The notes beneath the pieces are model-generated. The model was not told where the DNA came from and ran no database searches. It was given only the letters and a program-made list of their open reading frames with translations. Shown here in pieces: positions 48,816 to 59,418 of a stretch of 64,000 nucleotides of DNA. Position 1 is the first letter of the stretch, and each line of letters begins with the position of its first letter. Source of the DNA: Bacteroidota bacterium (GTDB taxonomy: Bacteria; Bacteroidota; Ignavibacteria; UBA10030); the NCBI GenBank assembly GCA_050008835.1, contig JBEKLV010000001.1:5382-69381 (forward strand), read 5' to 3'. The position numbers were made by a program, and so were the translations under genes.

Positions 48816-49846
48816 TAGAAGGTAATTCTTCCTACCAACGTTTCTCGTTTTCTTGCATTACTTACGTTATCAAGGAACCGCTTCATTATCTTTTCTCTGA
48901 TGATGTAAATATTTCCTGAGATATGCGGAGTGACAATGAGGTTAGGGCAATCCCAGAGCACCGACGTGTTTGTTAATGGTTCCTTCGTTACCACATCAAT
49001 CACTGCACCGGCGATCTGATGATTTTTTAATGCATAAATAAGATCCTTTTCATTGATAACCTCACCACGCGAGATGTTGATGAGAATACAATGAGAACCT
49101 ATCTTTTCGAAATATTTCCCATTAATAATGTGTTTTGTGCTTTTATTAAGCGGTAGTGTAATGATAATATAATCGAGTGGTGCTTGTACTTCTTCAAAGC
49201 TTTTGTAGTATGTACTCCCTCTAGATAAGGTATGCGATTTATCAAATTTGATATCAACAATAAAAAGATTTGTGTGGAATATCTCAAGTATTGATGCGAT
49301 TTCTTGACCGATCGCACCATAACCCATGATGCAAACGTTAACTGAGTTAAGCATCTGGAGAGTATTGAAATAATGTTCCTGACTCCATTGCCTTTTTGTT
49401 CTATCTATAAGAGTATTGGCAATTTGCTTTGCATGGAAAAGGAGATAGCCAAGGACATACTCGGCAACAGAGCGAGATGCGAGCCCCCTGGAAGTAACTA
49501 TAATAACGTTCGAAGATGCATAGCGTTCAATGTAATCGACGCCTGTTAATGGTATCTGATAAAATAGAGCTTTATGTGCAAGTTGAATATCCTCGATATC
49601 ATCAGAGAATACCGCTTCTGCATTACCGATGAATTTGAGGAACTCCAGTTTCGATTCGACAATTCGAAAATCGGTTTTATTTAGAAGCATTGGGTACTCC
49701 TGCTCGATCATTTTTTCCCAACGTTCTTTTTCGAAACCATCAAAGCACTTGATTAAAACCTTCATTTTAGAGGTCTTATCCCATTTTCCTGTTCTACCCG
49801 AAGTTGTGGCAATTGCCTTCTTAATATATTTTTTAAATACCTTCAT
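48815..49846 (-). CDS. D-isomer-specific 2-hydroxyacid dehydrogenase family protein
   Basis: GYGAIGQEIASIL NAD motif, SRGEVI and TPHISG catalytic context; the track start at 49915 overlaps the ATP-grasp gene by 64 nt, so the start is moved to Met24 (49844-49846). Confidence 0.65.
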   Translation of the reverse strand: MKVFKKYIKKAIATTSGRTGKWDKTSKMKVLIKCFDGFEKERWEKMIEQEYPMLLNKTDFRIVESKLEFLKFIGNAEAVFSDDIEDIQLAHKALFYQIPLTGVDYIERYASSNVIIVTSRGLASRSVAEYVLGYLLFHAKQIANTLIDRTKRQWSQEHYFNTLQMLNSVNVCIMGYGAIGQEIASILEIFHTNLFIVDIKFDKSHTLSRGSTYYKSFEEVQAPLDYIIITLPLNKSTKHIINGKYFEKIGSHCILINISRGEVINEKDLIYALKNHQIAGAVIDVVTKEPLTNTSVLWDCPNLIVTPHISGNIYIIREKIMKRFLDNVSNARKRETLVGRITF

Positions 49847-49851
49847 TACAC

Positions 49852-51030
49852 TCACTTCGTAAACAATTTCAAGGGGAGTTTCAAATATTTTGTGCCGTAA
49901 TTTGAGTTTTTCCACCCGGGTTTTAAATCATCCCAGGCAAAATACGCATAAGAATTAGCTTTCCAAATCGATTTTAACCACCTATAAAATGAAATGTCTC
50001 CCTTCCTTCTATTCGTTAAAAATGATTGAAAATCTTGGATTGCATCCAGCCACACAACATCCGATTTGAACTCTAATTGAGGTGCGGCTTTTTCCCCAAT
50101 GCATTCAAGATAATTGATGAAAGCAAAATTTATGCCTGCATATGCAGCCTGAATATTTTGCTGCCAAAGACGCGGATTGAGCTCAATCATTTTGAATATT
50201 CCATCTTTCTCATCTTTCTTAAACTCGATCGATCCAACACCGGTGTACTTGATTCCCTCAAAGAATCTGCGCGCTATAGCAATAAGGTCTGGATAGTAAC
50301 CCGATATCATATAACTACCAACACCGAAATCGACGGGATATTGTCGAGTCTTCTGGGTTGAAAAAAGAGCAAGCAGCTCACCTGCACTTGAGTAGTATGC
50401 ACAAACTTTATAATGATTACAATTAGGACCTTTAATGATTTCCTGTACAACGACTGGAATTTTTTTTTCGGAAGCCAGCATGAAATGATGAACAAGTTCA
50501 TCGTAGTTCTGCGCGACAGAACCTTTTGATCGGAATGCGTCCTGCCATTGATGAGAACTTGTTCCTTTTATAAACATAGGATAGACATACCTCTCCTTTT
50601 GCTTCGCAAGTTCCGACACTGTTCGTGGATAATATGTCTTCGCTATCGGCACGCCCAATTCTTCAGCCAACGCATACTGCCTGCTCTTATCGACCAGACC
50701 TTCAAGAATGTTTGTAGCAGGAATATTAAAATAAAAATATTTTGCAAGTTCTTTCTGAAATCGAGAGATTAAAATAACATAAGCATCGGAAGTGGGAAGG
50801 AGTACCGCTTTACGATCGAGACTCTCACCTATCCTTAGCAAGGTTTTTGCACAATCTTGAGAATTAGATGTTGGATTTGGAAGCAATAACTTTTTATTAC
50901 AGTACTTGGAGAAAAATCCCACCGCTTTTTCGTTATGATCAGCTCCATAGACCGGTATACCGAGTCTACCAAGACTGCGGGCGACACCGAGACCGTTAGA
51001 GTCCATATTGAGAACGACAACATGATTCAT
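49852..51030 (-). CDS. ATP-grasp domain ligase
   Basis: 392 aa with the pre-ATP-grasp/ATP-grasp pattern (Lys-rich ATP-binding segment, IELNPRLWQ); contains an A9 tract. Confidence 0.55.
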   Translation of the reverse strand: MNHVVVLNMDSNGLGVARSLGRLGIPVYGADHNEKAVGFFSKYCNKKLLLPNPTSNSQDCAKTLLRIGESLDRKAVLLPTSDAYVILISRFQKELAKYFYFNIPATNILEGLVDKSRQYALAEELGVPIAKTYYPRTVSELAKQKERYVYPMFIKGTSSHQWQDAFRSKGSVAQNYDELVHHFMLASEKKIPVVVQEIIKGPNCNHYKVCAYYSSAGELLALFSTQKTRQYPVDFGVGSYMISGYYPDLIAIARRFFEGIKYTGVGSIEFKKDEKDGIFKMIELNPRLWQQNIQAAYAGINFAFINYLECIGEKAAPQLEFKSDVVWLDAIQDFQSFLTNRRKGDISFYRWLKSIWKANSYAYFAWDDLKPGWKNSNYGTKYLKLPLKLFTK

Positions 51031-51084
51031 AAGAATTACTGCGTATAAGAGTTTACCATGACTAATTGATTATCACTTCACAAC

Positions 51085-52815
51085 CTATGGTTGAAAGCCA
51101 AAACATGTCGAATCCGGTATGATTAGCATTCGCGAGTATTTTGATATAACATATTCCAACAACTCTTTTCTTATTTTCTGAACATTACCCATTTCCGGTC
51201 TGGAACTTACACAGAGATTGACAGGATCAGGATTTATAAATTGTGGATCCAACCATAAGTGGCCACCTTTAGACACAACATTATCAACTTTTTCTTCTAG
51301 ACGTTCAATAGTAAGAACTGGTTCACAATCCCATCTAAAAAACCAACTACTTAAGATTCTCTCATTGCCCGCTCTGTATAAAGAAATATTCCAACTAATA
51401 AAATGATCGAAAGTGAGAGCAGCATCTTGCGGCGCCATTGAATCGAGATAATCTTTCGTATGCCAAAAATAATCGTTGTTACTATTCATGTTAGGAATCA
51501 CCGCACCAATGCCATTGAGCAAAAATAAACAGATGATTGCAAGAACAGTAAGATTGATTTGTATCGAACGAACTCCGTTAATTGTTGAAATACCTTCTAT
51601 GAATGTTGCCATTATAATCACAAAAAACGGTAGGATAATGATCCAAAATTCTTCAGAGTCGGGTTCCCAAAACAGGCTAAAAATGAAAGGTAGAATAATA
51701 AATATCAACCATGTTCTCACTTTTTTAAATTTTATTCTTCGAATATGTAAAATGATGCTCGTAAAACATCCGACCACAATTGATCCAAGCATACCAAGAA
51801 CCGTCAATGATAAGTAAAAAAACCAGCGTGGATATTCTCTCAATACATAATAATCATCATAGAGAAGCTTATCCGGGAACATATGGGTAACTTTTGCATA
51901 GACAGATGGATGCATTAACCATGGAGTAATACTTACGAAAGTTCTCCCTATGCCAACCGTTCCTTTGGCAAGTGCTATTGCTATAGCTTTTACGATCGTA
52001 GATAAGATATCAAATCCAAGGGATGTTACGCGTCCCCCTGCATATCCCATACAATACGTCCAAAAATTACCGTACATTGCTGGTGGATAGAGAGATGCAA
52101 TTTTATTTATATGATATAAATAAAATAAATAATATACTCCCATCCCAATAACTAATGAACATATGGTAAAAACTGACAAGAGAAGTGCACGGCGTTTAAA
52201 GCTTGCACGATCCTTTGTTAATATTATAAAAGCTATCCCAGGATAACTAAATGCAGCCATTTGGTGAATAAAGACAGAACAACAGAATAAAAGGATTAAA
52301 ACCAATATCCATATAAATTCCCTTTTTCTTTCACATCTATGGATAAGTAGCGCAATGAACACCGCCGATAAAAGTAACGCGGTGGCAGGTATATATACAT
52401 CACCCTCGACTGAATATGCCCAATATCCCCAAGTTAACGATAAGATAATTGTCCACAAGACTGCAAATTTCTGCATTATTTTTTCGAGTCGTAAAATCAA
52501 GTAGAATACAGTCAACCCTATTGCGCCAAAGACGGCAGAGATGAATTGAAGTAGTTTGAGCGTTGAAATATTTGTTATTATTGTGATTATTGATTTAATA
52601 ACTTTCGCCAGGGGAAAATAAAGAATGTGATGCTGATGAACCATTGGACATCCATTGTTAATAATGACTGCCCACGACACAGCATCATCAGCATAATTAT
52701 GCACATTTGTCAGCGTCAAAGAAAAAATAATTAAATATGTAAATAGTATGATGAACGCCACTATTTGATCTCTCCATAACAACGAATTATTATCCGTATT
52801 TTCTATAACATTCAT
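51085..52815 (-). CDS. Polytopic integral membrane protein (possible GT-C-type glycosyltransferase)
   Basis: 576 aa, more than 10 TM helices plus a C-terminal soluble domain. Confidence 0.35.
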   Translation of the reverse strand: MNVIENTDNNSLLWRDQIVAFIILFTYLIIFSLTLTNVHNYADDAVSWAVIINNGCPMVHQHHILYFPLAKVIKSIITIITNISTLKLLQFISAVFGAIGLTVFYLILRLEKIMQKFAVLWTIILSLTWGYWAYSVEGDVYIPATALLLSAVFIALLIHRCERKREFIWILVLILLFCCSVFIHQMAAFSYPGIAFIILTKDRASFKRRALLLSVFTICSLVIGMGVYYLFYLYHINKIASLYPPAMYGNFWTYCMGYAGGRVTSLGFDILSTIVKAIAIALAKGTVGIGRTFVSITPWLMHPSVYAKVTHMFPDKLLYDDYYVLREYPRWFFYLSLTVLGMLGSIVVGCFTSIILHIRRIKFKKVRTWLIFIILPFIFSLFWEPDSEEFWIIILPFFVIIMATFIEGISTINGVRSIQINLTVLAIICLFLLNGIGAVIPNMNSNNDYFWHTKDYLDSMAPQDAALTFDHFISWNISLYRAGNERILSSWFFRWDCEPVLTIERLEEKVDNVVSKGGHLWLDPQFINPDPVNLCVSSRPEMGNVQKIRKELLEYVISKYSRMLIIPDSTCFGFQP

Positions 52816-52829
52816 CTAATCATCCCCCT

Positions 52830-53501
52830 TCATTGTATTTTTTTTCTCCCGACAAAATAAACGCCAGATGCAAAGTAATGAGCTTTCCTCTTACGAATGA
52901 GAAAATAATCAAGATATTTCAAAGGAAAAAGAATTATAGAAAAGAAGACATCTGTTATTTTACGAAATATCTTGTTCTCGAAGAAGCTTTGACAGAATTG
53001 TATAATAATAACGTTCATAGCTGAAACGGGGCCTAAATGCACGCCTGAGGACAATTCGCTAAAAGAATTTTTTTCACAAAAATATTTTATCCCTTCTAAT
53101 GTCCACCGATAATAATCTTGCGGGTCTGCATGATACGGCTGCATAAAAGGGACTTCAATATGAACGATCCCTTCCTCTTTTAATACTCTCCAGAATTCTT
53201 TCAAAGCAAGATCGGGATTTTTAATATGCTCAAATGTACCTGTACAAAAAATACAATCAGCATAATTATCTTGAAAAGGCAAGGATTCAATATCACTGCA
53301 GACATCTGTATTGGGGAATGGATATTTATCGACACATATAACATGGGGATCAATTTTTCTCCCACCTGCACCGATATCCAGAATAACCGAATCTGATTTT
53401 AACAACTTTAGTGTTTCCTTTATTGGAGGAAACGGCTGCCAGATAGGCGAGGGAATAAATTTATTGATTCCTGACTTAAGCCAAGGCATCTTATACACCA
53501 A
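52830..53501 (-). CDS. Class I SAM-dependent methyltransferase (type 11)
   Basis: VILDIGAGGRKIDPHVICVD, FEHIKNP, LKEEGIVHIEVP. Confidence 0.75.
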   Translation of the reverse strand: MVYKMPWLKSGINKFIPSPIWQPFPPIKETLKLLKSDSVILDIGAGGRKIDPHVICVDKYPFPNTDVCSDIESLPFQDNYADCIFCTGTFEHIKNPDLALKEFWRVLKEEGIVHIEVPFMQPYHADPQDYYRWTLEGIKYFCEKNSFSELSSGVHLGPVSAMNVIIIQFCQSFFENKIFRKITDVFFSIILFPLKYLDYFLIRKRKAHYFASGVYFVGRKKIQ

Positions 53502-53616
53502 GTCTTAGTAAATATTTTATCATTATAGTATTTGTAAAATATGCCAATTTAATCCTGCCTCATTCAACCTTTATATAGCATGACGCCTTCTCATTAAGAG
53601 TGAAGTGAAAAGATCG

Positions 53617-54726
53617 TTAATATGGTTTCCAGGTTTGTCTCATATACTTGGCTGCAAGTTCTCCGACATTCCGGGGAATTCTGATGCAGGCTGGACATGC
53701 CCCTTTCGCAAATCCATGATCGCCAAATATCGGATCTGGCTCAAATGTGGCACCACAAAAGTTGCACTGGTTATCAGTCGTCAATTTCCGAGACTCGATA
53801 TAGCGGGCATATGTTTTACCGCTGTATGCTTGAAGAATCTGGTGATGAGAATTACGGCATACCGCACAAACAGGGATATTGATGTCCTCCTGGATGAGAA
53901 CGTCCCTAGGATACTCTGTGCTGCAGCAGAAGCAGTGCATTATTTTTCCCGGTTTTACAGCAATGCAGACGCCATTAGCTCCGAATAATTTCAATACACT
54001 GTTCTCGAGTTTTGAAATCAAAGATTGGTGTTCAAAGAGCCAGCGAGCATATGCAGACGATTTTGAATTCTGAAAAAGTACATAACGTAAATCGATAACG
54101 TTTTTTTCTAAAATATGGAATCCTGTATTCCTGATGAACGATGCCATTTCCCCTGGAGCATACCAGTATTGAAAAAATGATCCATCGGGATTCTCTGAAA
54201 TGACGTCCGTAACCCCTTTTCTGCGCCGACCAAGTGCTCCTTTTATTTTAGCTTTTCCAGTCGTCTTGAGCACCTCCAGAGAATACTGGCTGGGCGTTGT
54301 TACAAGAAGGATTCCTCCCGGTGCAAGAACCCTGTACGCCTCGCTCAGTGCCTTTTCCGGACCGTTATAGAAGTGCTCTAAGACGCCAAGTGAGATATAA
54401 TAGGAGAAACTTTCATCTTCAAATTCAAGATGCTCAATATCTCCTTCGGCAAATGACTCAGGCAAAAATCCATGTTCATGGGCAAATTTTTTTGCTTTGT
54501 TGATGCTTTCGAGTGAAAAGTCGACCCCGATAATCTCTCGTCCCATAGAGGCAAAATAGAAAACATATCTTCCAAGTCCACAACCTGCTTCTAAAGCTCT
54601 TCCCCACCACGGAAAAAATTTTGTAATATACTGGCGTCCACCGAAGAAATCCTCCATACGGATGTCGTTTAGTACCTCTCGCCCCGACCATTCAGTATTC
54701 CAACGCGTTGATCCTGGTTCCATCAC
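53617..54726 (-). CDS. SAM-dependent methyltransferase fused to a C-terminal Cys-rich zinc-ribbon-like domain
   Basis: ALEAGCGLGRYVFYF motif I, LAPGGILLVTTP; C-terminal CFCC...CAVC...CNFC...CPAC. Confidence 0.6.
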   Translation of the reverse strand: MMEPGSTRWNTEWSGREVLNDIRMEDFFGGRQYITKFFPWWGRALEAGCGLGRYVFYFASMGREIIGVDFSLESINKAKKFAHEHGFLPESFAEGDIEHLEFEDESFSYYISLGVLEHFYNGPEKALSEAYRVLAPGGILLVTTPSQYSLEVLKTTGKAKIKGALGRRRKGVTDVISENPDGSFFQYWYAPGEMASFIRNTGFHILEKNVIDLRYVLFQNSKSSAYARWLFEHQSLISKLENSVLKLFGANGVCIAVKPGKIMHCFCCSTEYPRDVLIQEDINIPVCAVCRNSHHQILQAYSGKTYARYIESRKLTTDNQCNFCGATFEPDPIFGDHGFAKGACPACIRIPRNVGELAAKYMRQTWKPY

Positions 54727-54934
54727 TTGACTTTCGATGAAACTGAACCAGATGGAACATACTGACCGATTAAGTGTAACACATCAAAAGTTCTATCGGA
54801 ATGGGTATACAACGGAATGTACCATAAATGCATGTTGTCGATATCTATCAAGCTCGCTCCTAGTATCAAGCTATCGCTGTCTTGAAATATGTATCTCCTA
54901 TTCAAACTTTCGACCTTTCAAAAACGTCAATTAA

Positions 54935-56263
54935 TTAAGCTATCAATTTACAGCCTTCTTCCTGCAGGATTAAGGGTGACATACGCTTCCCTCGAATCAT
55001 AAGAATAAACAATGGTACAAATAAGTACATCTGTACGGTAGGATAAATACCATACCTTGGCTCTATAGCGAAAAGACTATGAATAGCTAAATAATACAAA
55101 AAAACAGAAAGGTTTAATACACTGAAACTGTATATAATAGCTCCTTTATTTTCTTTTTTGAAAATCAGAAATAATAATCCTCCTATGAAACATATGAAAG
55201 AACAGAAATTTATGAAGGATAACAAGTTCCTTTGAATTGATAACTCCTGATTAGAAAAGGGTCGAAAAAAGAGTAACCTGGAAACATTCATAACCATAAC
55301 TGGAAGTACTTCTGTTGGTCTCTTTTCTATAATATGTAATGCTTCACTATAAAGGATAGAATCCACTCTTGCCATATATTTAGGTTCACAACTCAGATCA
55401 CCGAAATCCGAAGGATGGCCAATTATTCTGCTGGAAATATTAAGATCATCATCAACCTTTTCCCATCCTATACTTTCGCCGCAATATTTTGGGTTTATTC
55501 CTTGATACAACGAATACCCTCCTATAAAACCTATTTTATATGACCCAAATACGTTACTATTTCTAATCATCCAAGGCAGAGGGACCAAAATGCTAACTGC
55601 CATAAAAATCACAACAGACTTTAATATTTGAGGCGTGGCCGCGTGATCTTTAGAGAAGATGTAATAAACAGCAAAACTTACCAATAAACATAATGGATAC
55701 AATTGAAATATAGGCCGCACTAAAATGAGATACCCGAAGCTTATACTCAATAGGATTAGGTAATAATTCTTCCTTACTTTCAAATATTGATAAAGCAGAA
55801 AATGTGAAAACATAAAAAGAAATAAAGCCAAAGTTTCAGTCATAAGGGCATTAACAAATTGAAGGAGCATGTAATTTGAGAGATATAACAACGCGGGGAT
55901 AAATGAATATTTTTTAAAAAGGCATTCGGCGAGATATAAGAACATACTGAATGTGATAAAAGCCAATATTATTTGTATGATAATCACTGCTCGATAACTA
56001 TGGCCAAAGAAGTAAAATATTGCACCTAAAAATGCCGGGTAGCCAGGTTGATAAAAACATGTCGGTTTTCCTTCGAGAGCATATCCTTCTCCCCTTGATA
56101 AGCTGAATCCGGTTCTATCATAAAAATTCTGATCTCCTGATAATGCACTTCCTGTGTTTTGAGGTAAAGTATTCCACGCACCATCACTATATATGAATCT
56201 GAATGAAAGGATTAAAATGAAAATTATAAGAATAGAATACATTCTTAAAGGTATATTATTCAA
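54935..56263 (-). CDS. Polytopic membrane protein, ArnT/PMT-like GT-C glycosyltransferase candidate
   Basis: 442 aa, about 11 TM helices, N-terminal loop with acidic residues. Confidence 0.35.
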   Translation of the reverse strand: MNNIPLRMYSILIIFILILSFRFIYSDGAWNTLPQNTGSALSGDQNFYDRTGFSLSRGEGYALEGKPTCFYQPGYPAFLGAIFYFFGHSYRAVIIIQIILAFITFSMFLYLAECLFKKYSFIPALLYLSNYMLLQFVNALMTETLALFLFMFSHFLLYQYLKVRKNYYLILLSISFGYLILVRPIFQLYPLCLLVSFAVYYIFSKDHAATPQILKSVVIFMAVSILVPLPWMIRNSNVFGSYKIGFIGGYSLYQGINPKYCGESIGWEKVDDDLNISSRIIGHPSDFGDLSCEPKYMARVDSILYSEALHIIEKRPTEVLPVMVMNVSRLLFFRPFSNQELSIQRNLLSFINFCSFICFIGGLLFLIFKKENKGAIIYSFSVLNLSVFLYYLAIHSLFAIEPRYGIYPTVQMYLFVPLFILMIRGKRMSPLILQEEGCKLIA

Positions 56264-56544
56264 TATTGTACCTTCTCACTTATTTTTTAATAGACAATCT
56301 GTTTGCCACTCTCTTGGTAGAAGAACCTAAATTCTATTATAAGATTCCTTCACTATTCTCATTTGCTTTATTACGATATGTTATACCGCAAACCTTTTTA
56401 CTGATTTCATTTCGGATTTTTCTCTAAGAATTAGTATTATTTTAAATTGATCCTATCTACGGCAAGTATTACATGGACTATCGTTAGTACAAGTACTATC
56501 ACAATAATCTTTTTTATAAATCCTCCTTTAAGGATACTTGAAAT

Positions 56545-57732
56545 TTATTTATTATGTCTTGTGCAAATTGACAAGTAGAATTCAGATAATTGAACAGCGG
56601 ATCTTGCCCAACTTGATTCACTTTCCTTCGTTCTTTGTATCTGAGCTATCATGGCAGTAAGGCGATCTTGATCGGCGAGCAGTGAGCTCACTGCATCGGC
56701 AAGCGCTTTAGAATCCTTTGGTGGAACGAGAAGCCCTGTGGTGTTATGGACAACGTACTCTCGAAATGAACCGACATCAGAAGCAATAACGGGTTTATTA
56801 AACGCATAAGCAGTCATTAATACGCCGCTCTGCGTAGCCTCTATATATGGGCAAACGACAATCGATGATCGCTGGAGCAATTGAGCCAGCAAACTGTTTG
56901 AAATGTGATAATTATAAATTTCAAAGATCGAATTATTCTCGATTATCGACCGATCAAAATATAACTCTCCGGCACCTGCGATTATAATTCTGAGATTTGG
57001 AAATCGACTTTGCAGGTTCTTTCCTGCCTCTGCCAGATATTCGATGCCCTTATATGGAGAGATTCTACCAAAAAACAAAATGGTTTGGTTCTCAGTTTGT
57101 ACATCCGGGCGTGCATGCTTAAGATATACTTCAAATGAGCCAAATTTGGCAACAATGGTTCTCTGTTGCTGTACTCCATAATACGCACAAAATTCGTTCC
57201 TCATAGTTTCAGACAATAAATGGAAATTATGAGTTCGGTTTTCCGTTATTGCCTTCATATAAAATTTGTAATTCCACGCTCTACCATGCGACTCTCCGAA
57301 GTGAAGAATATAATCGTGTACTGTAAATATCCGCGGCACCCCTTTAAGAAAGACCATCTGTTGAAGCCACGGCAATGACGAGCCATAATAATGAATCAGA
57401 TCGAACTTCTTTTCTTTTATCCATTGTACTACTCTTCGGGAGATGAGAAAATTCTGATAATCCTTCAAGGCAAGTGAATGATATTTGACCATTGATATTT
57501 TTTCATGTTCCAAGTTAAAATTATCCCGAATCTGCCGGACCAATTCGTATTCACGGGCAAGATCGGGGTGCATGCCGAGCGCTATTTCAGCGGTATCTGC
57601 ATCGATGACACTTTGAGTGTACCTTCCACCCTCCATGTCGATCAGGAGTTCACTCTCGGCTTGTGCGCATAACGATTTATAGAATTCTATACCGCTGTCG
57701 AAATGGCCTTTGCATATAAAAAGAATTTTCAT
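56545..57732 (-). CDS. Glycosyltransferase family 4
   Basis: FFGRISPYKGIEYLAEA...VVCPYIEATQSGVLMTAYAFNKPVIASDVG. Confidence 0.8.
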   Translation of the reverse strand: MKILFICKGHFDSGIEFYKSLCAQAESELLIDMEGGRYTQSVIDADTAEIALGMHPDLAREYELVRQIRDNFNLEHEKISMVKYHSLALKDYQNFLISRRVVQWIKEKKFDLIHYYGSSLPWLQQMVFLKGVPRIFTVHDYILHFGESHGRAWNYKFYMKAITENRTHNFHLLSETMRNEFCAYYGVQQQRTIVAKFGSFEVYLKHARPDVQTENQTILFFGRISPYKGIEYLAEAGKNLQSRFPNLRIIIAGAGELYFDRSIIENNSIFEIYNYHISNSLLAQLLQRSSIVVCPYIEATQSGVLMTAYAFNKPVIASDVGSFREYVVHNTTGLLVPPKDSKALADAVSSLLADQDRLTAMIAQIQRTKESESSWARSAVQLSEFYLSICTRHNK

Positions 57733-57841
57733 ATAAGATCTTAAAAGAATATTTCATTCACCGAATATATTCTCGAACTGGAGGATAATATCGGGAGATA
57801 GCTACAAATGATTACTTGGTTTTCTTAGAATATTCCATTCC

Positions 57842-59260
57842 TTAACTATGATTTCTATTTTCCATTGAAGGAATCGAAACATCCTTCTGTGAAATAAATT
57901 CTATCGACTCCAGAAGAACTGCCATTATAATAATAATTCTAGGTCCTGCACTAAAAATGTCGCGGGAAACCGGATAAGCGAATAGAAGGCCTATCATCGC
58001 TCCTATTAATCCTGCAACAATACCTCTATATTTTGAATCTTTTTGGAGTGAACGTAAAAGCCTCATTGCATTCTTAAAAAATATTAGAGTAAACGATATG
58101 GGAAATAATAATCCAAGAACTCCAAAAAGCATAATTGTGTTCGATACACCAACATCATTATCGTATAATTTTGAAGCAGTTTTGCCTAGCCCGTATCCAA
58201 AAAATAGTTTTTCTGATATTTTCGAGTTTAACAACTCTATTTCTGCTAAACGGACATTGTATGTTGATGATTTATTACCTACTGAACTTTCAATAGAAGA
58301 GAATCTCATCGCAATTATTTCTGGAAGACTAAGTCCACCCTTGCTAAGAATTGGTGCATTATTAACTACAATGAAGAATAAAATTACAGTAAATGCAGTA
58401 ATTGCTGCAGTCTTAGTAATTTTCTTCGATATAAATAATAATGAAATTATTCCAACAATTATCATTAACCAGTATTGACGTACAAGTGCCAGAGCAAATG
58501 TGAAAACCGCAACAATAGCAGGCAAATACCATTTGGATATTCTTGCCTTCTTTCCTAAAAGAATAATACCTAATGATACAAATAGAACAAGGTACGTTTC
58601 GTAAGCAGCTTTACTCGTTACATAAGGTATAATATGTTTTCCGATTTCCACTGTATGGCCCACTCTTATTTCGCCATTTATAAAACCATACAATTGAATT
58701 ATAAATGCAAGAAACATAACAACGACGTAGAGTTTTACAACAAACCAGAAACGCTTTTCAGTTGAAATAATCCCCAATAATCCAAAGTAAGAAAGCATAT
58801 AAATATGCAGGCGTGACGAATTGAATAATTGACGGACTGAATCAATATCTCCGATATTTATAGTGACCGATATAATTAACCCGAAAAAGAAAAAAAACAA
58901 GGGGATCAAGAACATTGGTTTGCGGCCCTGGCGCACAAAAAGACTTATACCAACAACAAATATCACAAGGTTTACGAAATCAGTGAGTTGAAATGAAATT
59001 CCGCCACCAAGTGCAAATAATGGGAATCCACTACTAGGAGCCAATTCTAATAGTATCCCTGAACATAAAACATATATTATGAGAAGCAACTCTGGAAATT
59101 CAAATGCAGCAAAAATAACCCAAAGCACAACTACCATAGCCGTAAGTGCTTCTAACCCTCTCGCATATAAAAAATACATCGAGAGGATTACAAGAATCCC
59201 GATCAATGTGTATTTTTTTAAAAACTCGTATAAAGAACGTTCACTAATTAGCCGTAACAT
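57842..59260 (-). CDS. Wzy-like O-antigen polymerase / ligase family membrane protein
   Basis: 472 aa, about 10-12 TM helices with a large periplasmic loop near the C-terminal third. Confidence 0.45.
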   Translation of the reverse strand: MLRLISERSLYEFLKKYTLIGILVILSMYFLYARGLEALTAMVVVLWVIFAAFEFPELLLIIYVLCSGILLELAPSSGFPLFALGGGISFQLTDFVNLVIFVVGISLFVRQGRKPMFLIPLFFFFFGLIISVTINIGDIDSVRQLFNSSRLHIYMLSYFGLLGIISTEKRFWFVVKLYVVVMFLAFIIQLYGFINGEIRVGHTVEIGKHIIPYVTSKAAYETYLVLFVSLGIILLGKKARISKWYLPAIVAVFTFALALVRQYWLMIIVGIISLLFISKKITKTAAITAFTVILFFIVVNNAPILSKGGLSLPEIIAMRFSSIESSVGNKSSTYNVRLAEIELLNSKISEKLFFGYGLGKTASKLYDNDVGVSNTIMLFGVLGLLFPISFTLIFFKNAMRLLRSLQKDSKYRGIVAGLIGAMIGLLFAYPVSRDIFSAGPRIIIIMAVLLESIEFISQKDVSIPSMENRNHS

Positions 59261-59418
59261 CTCAGTTATGTTTTCATTCCTCTCTATTTATTGACCGGTT
59301 ACTTTCTTTAACAAGCCGTTACTAAATCCGGTTACATCTAAATAATCTGCGATTTGTTCTTAAAATCATCTTTTCCTATTCATAGACTTAAATCTCAATA
59401 GAGCATTCGACCATTATT

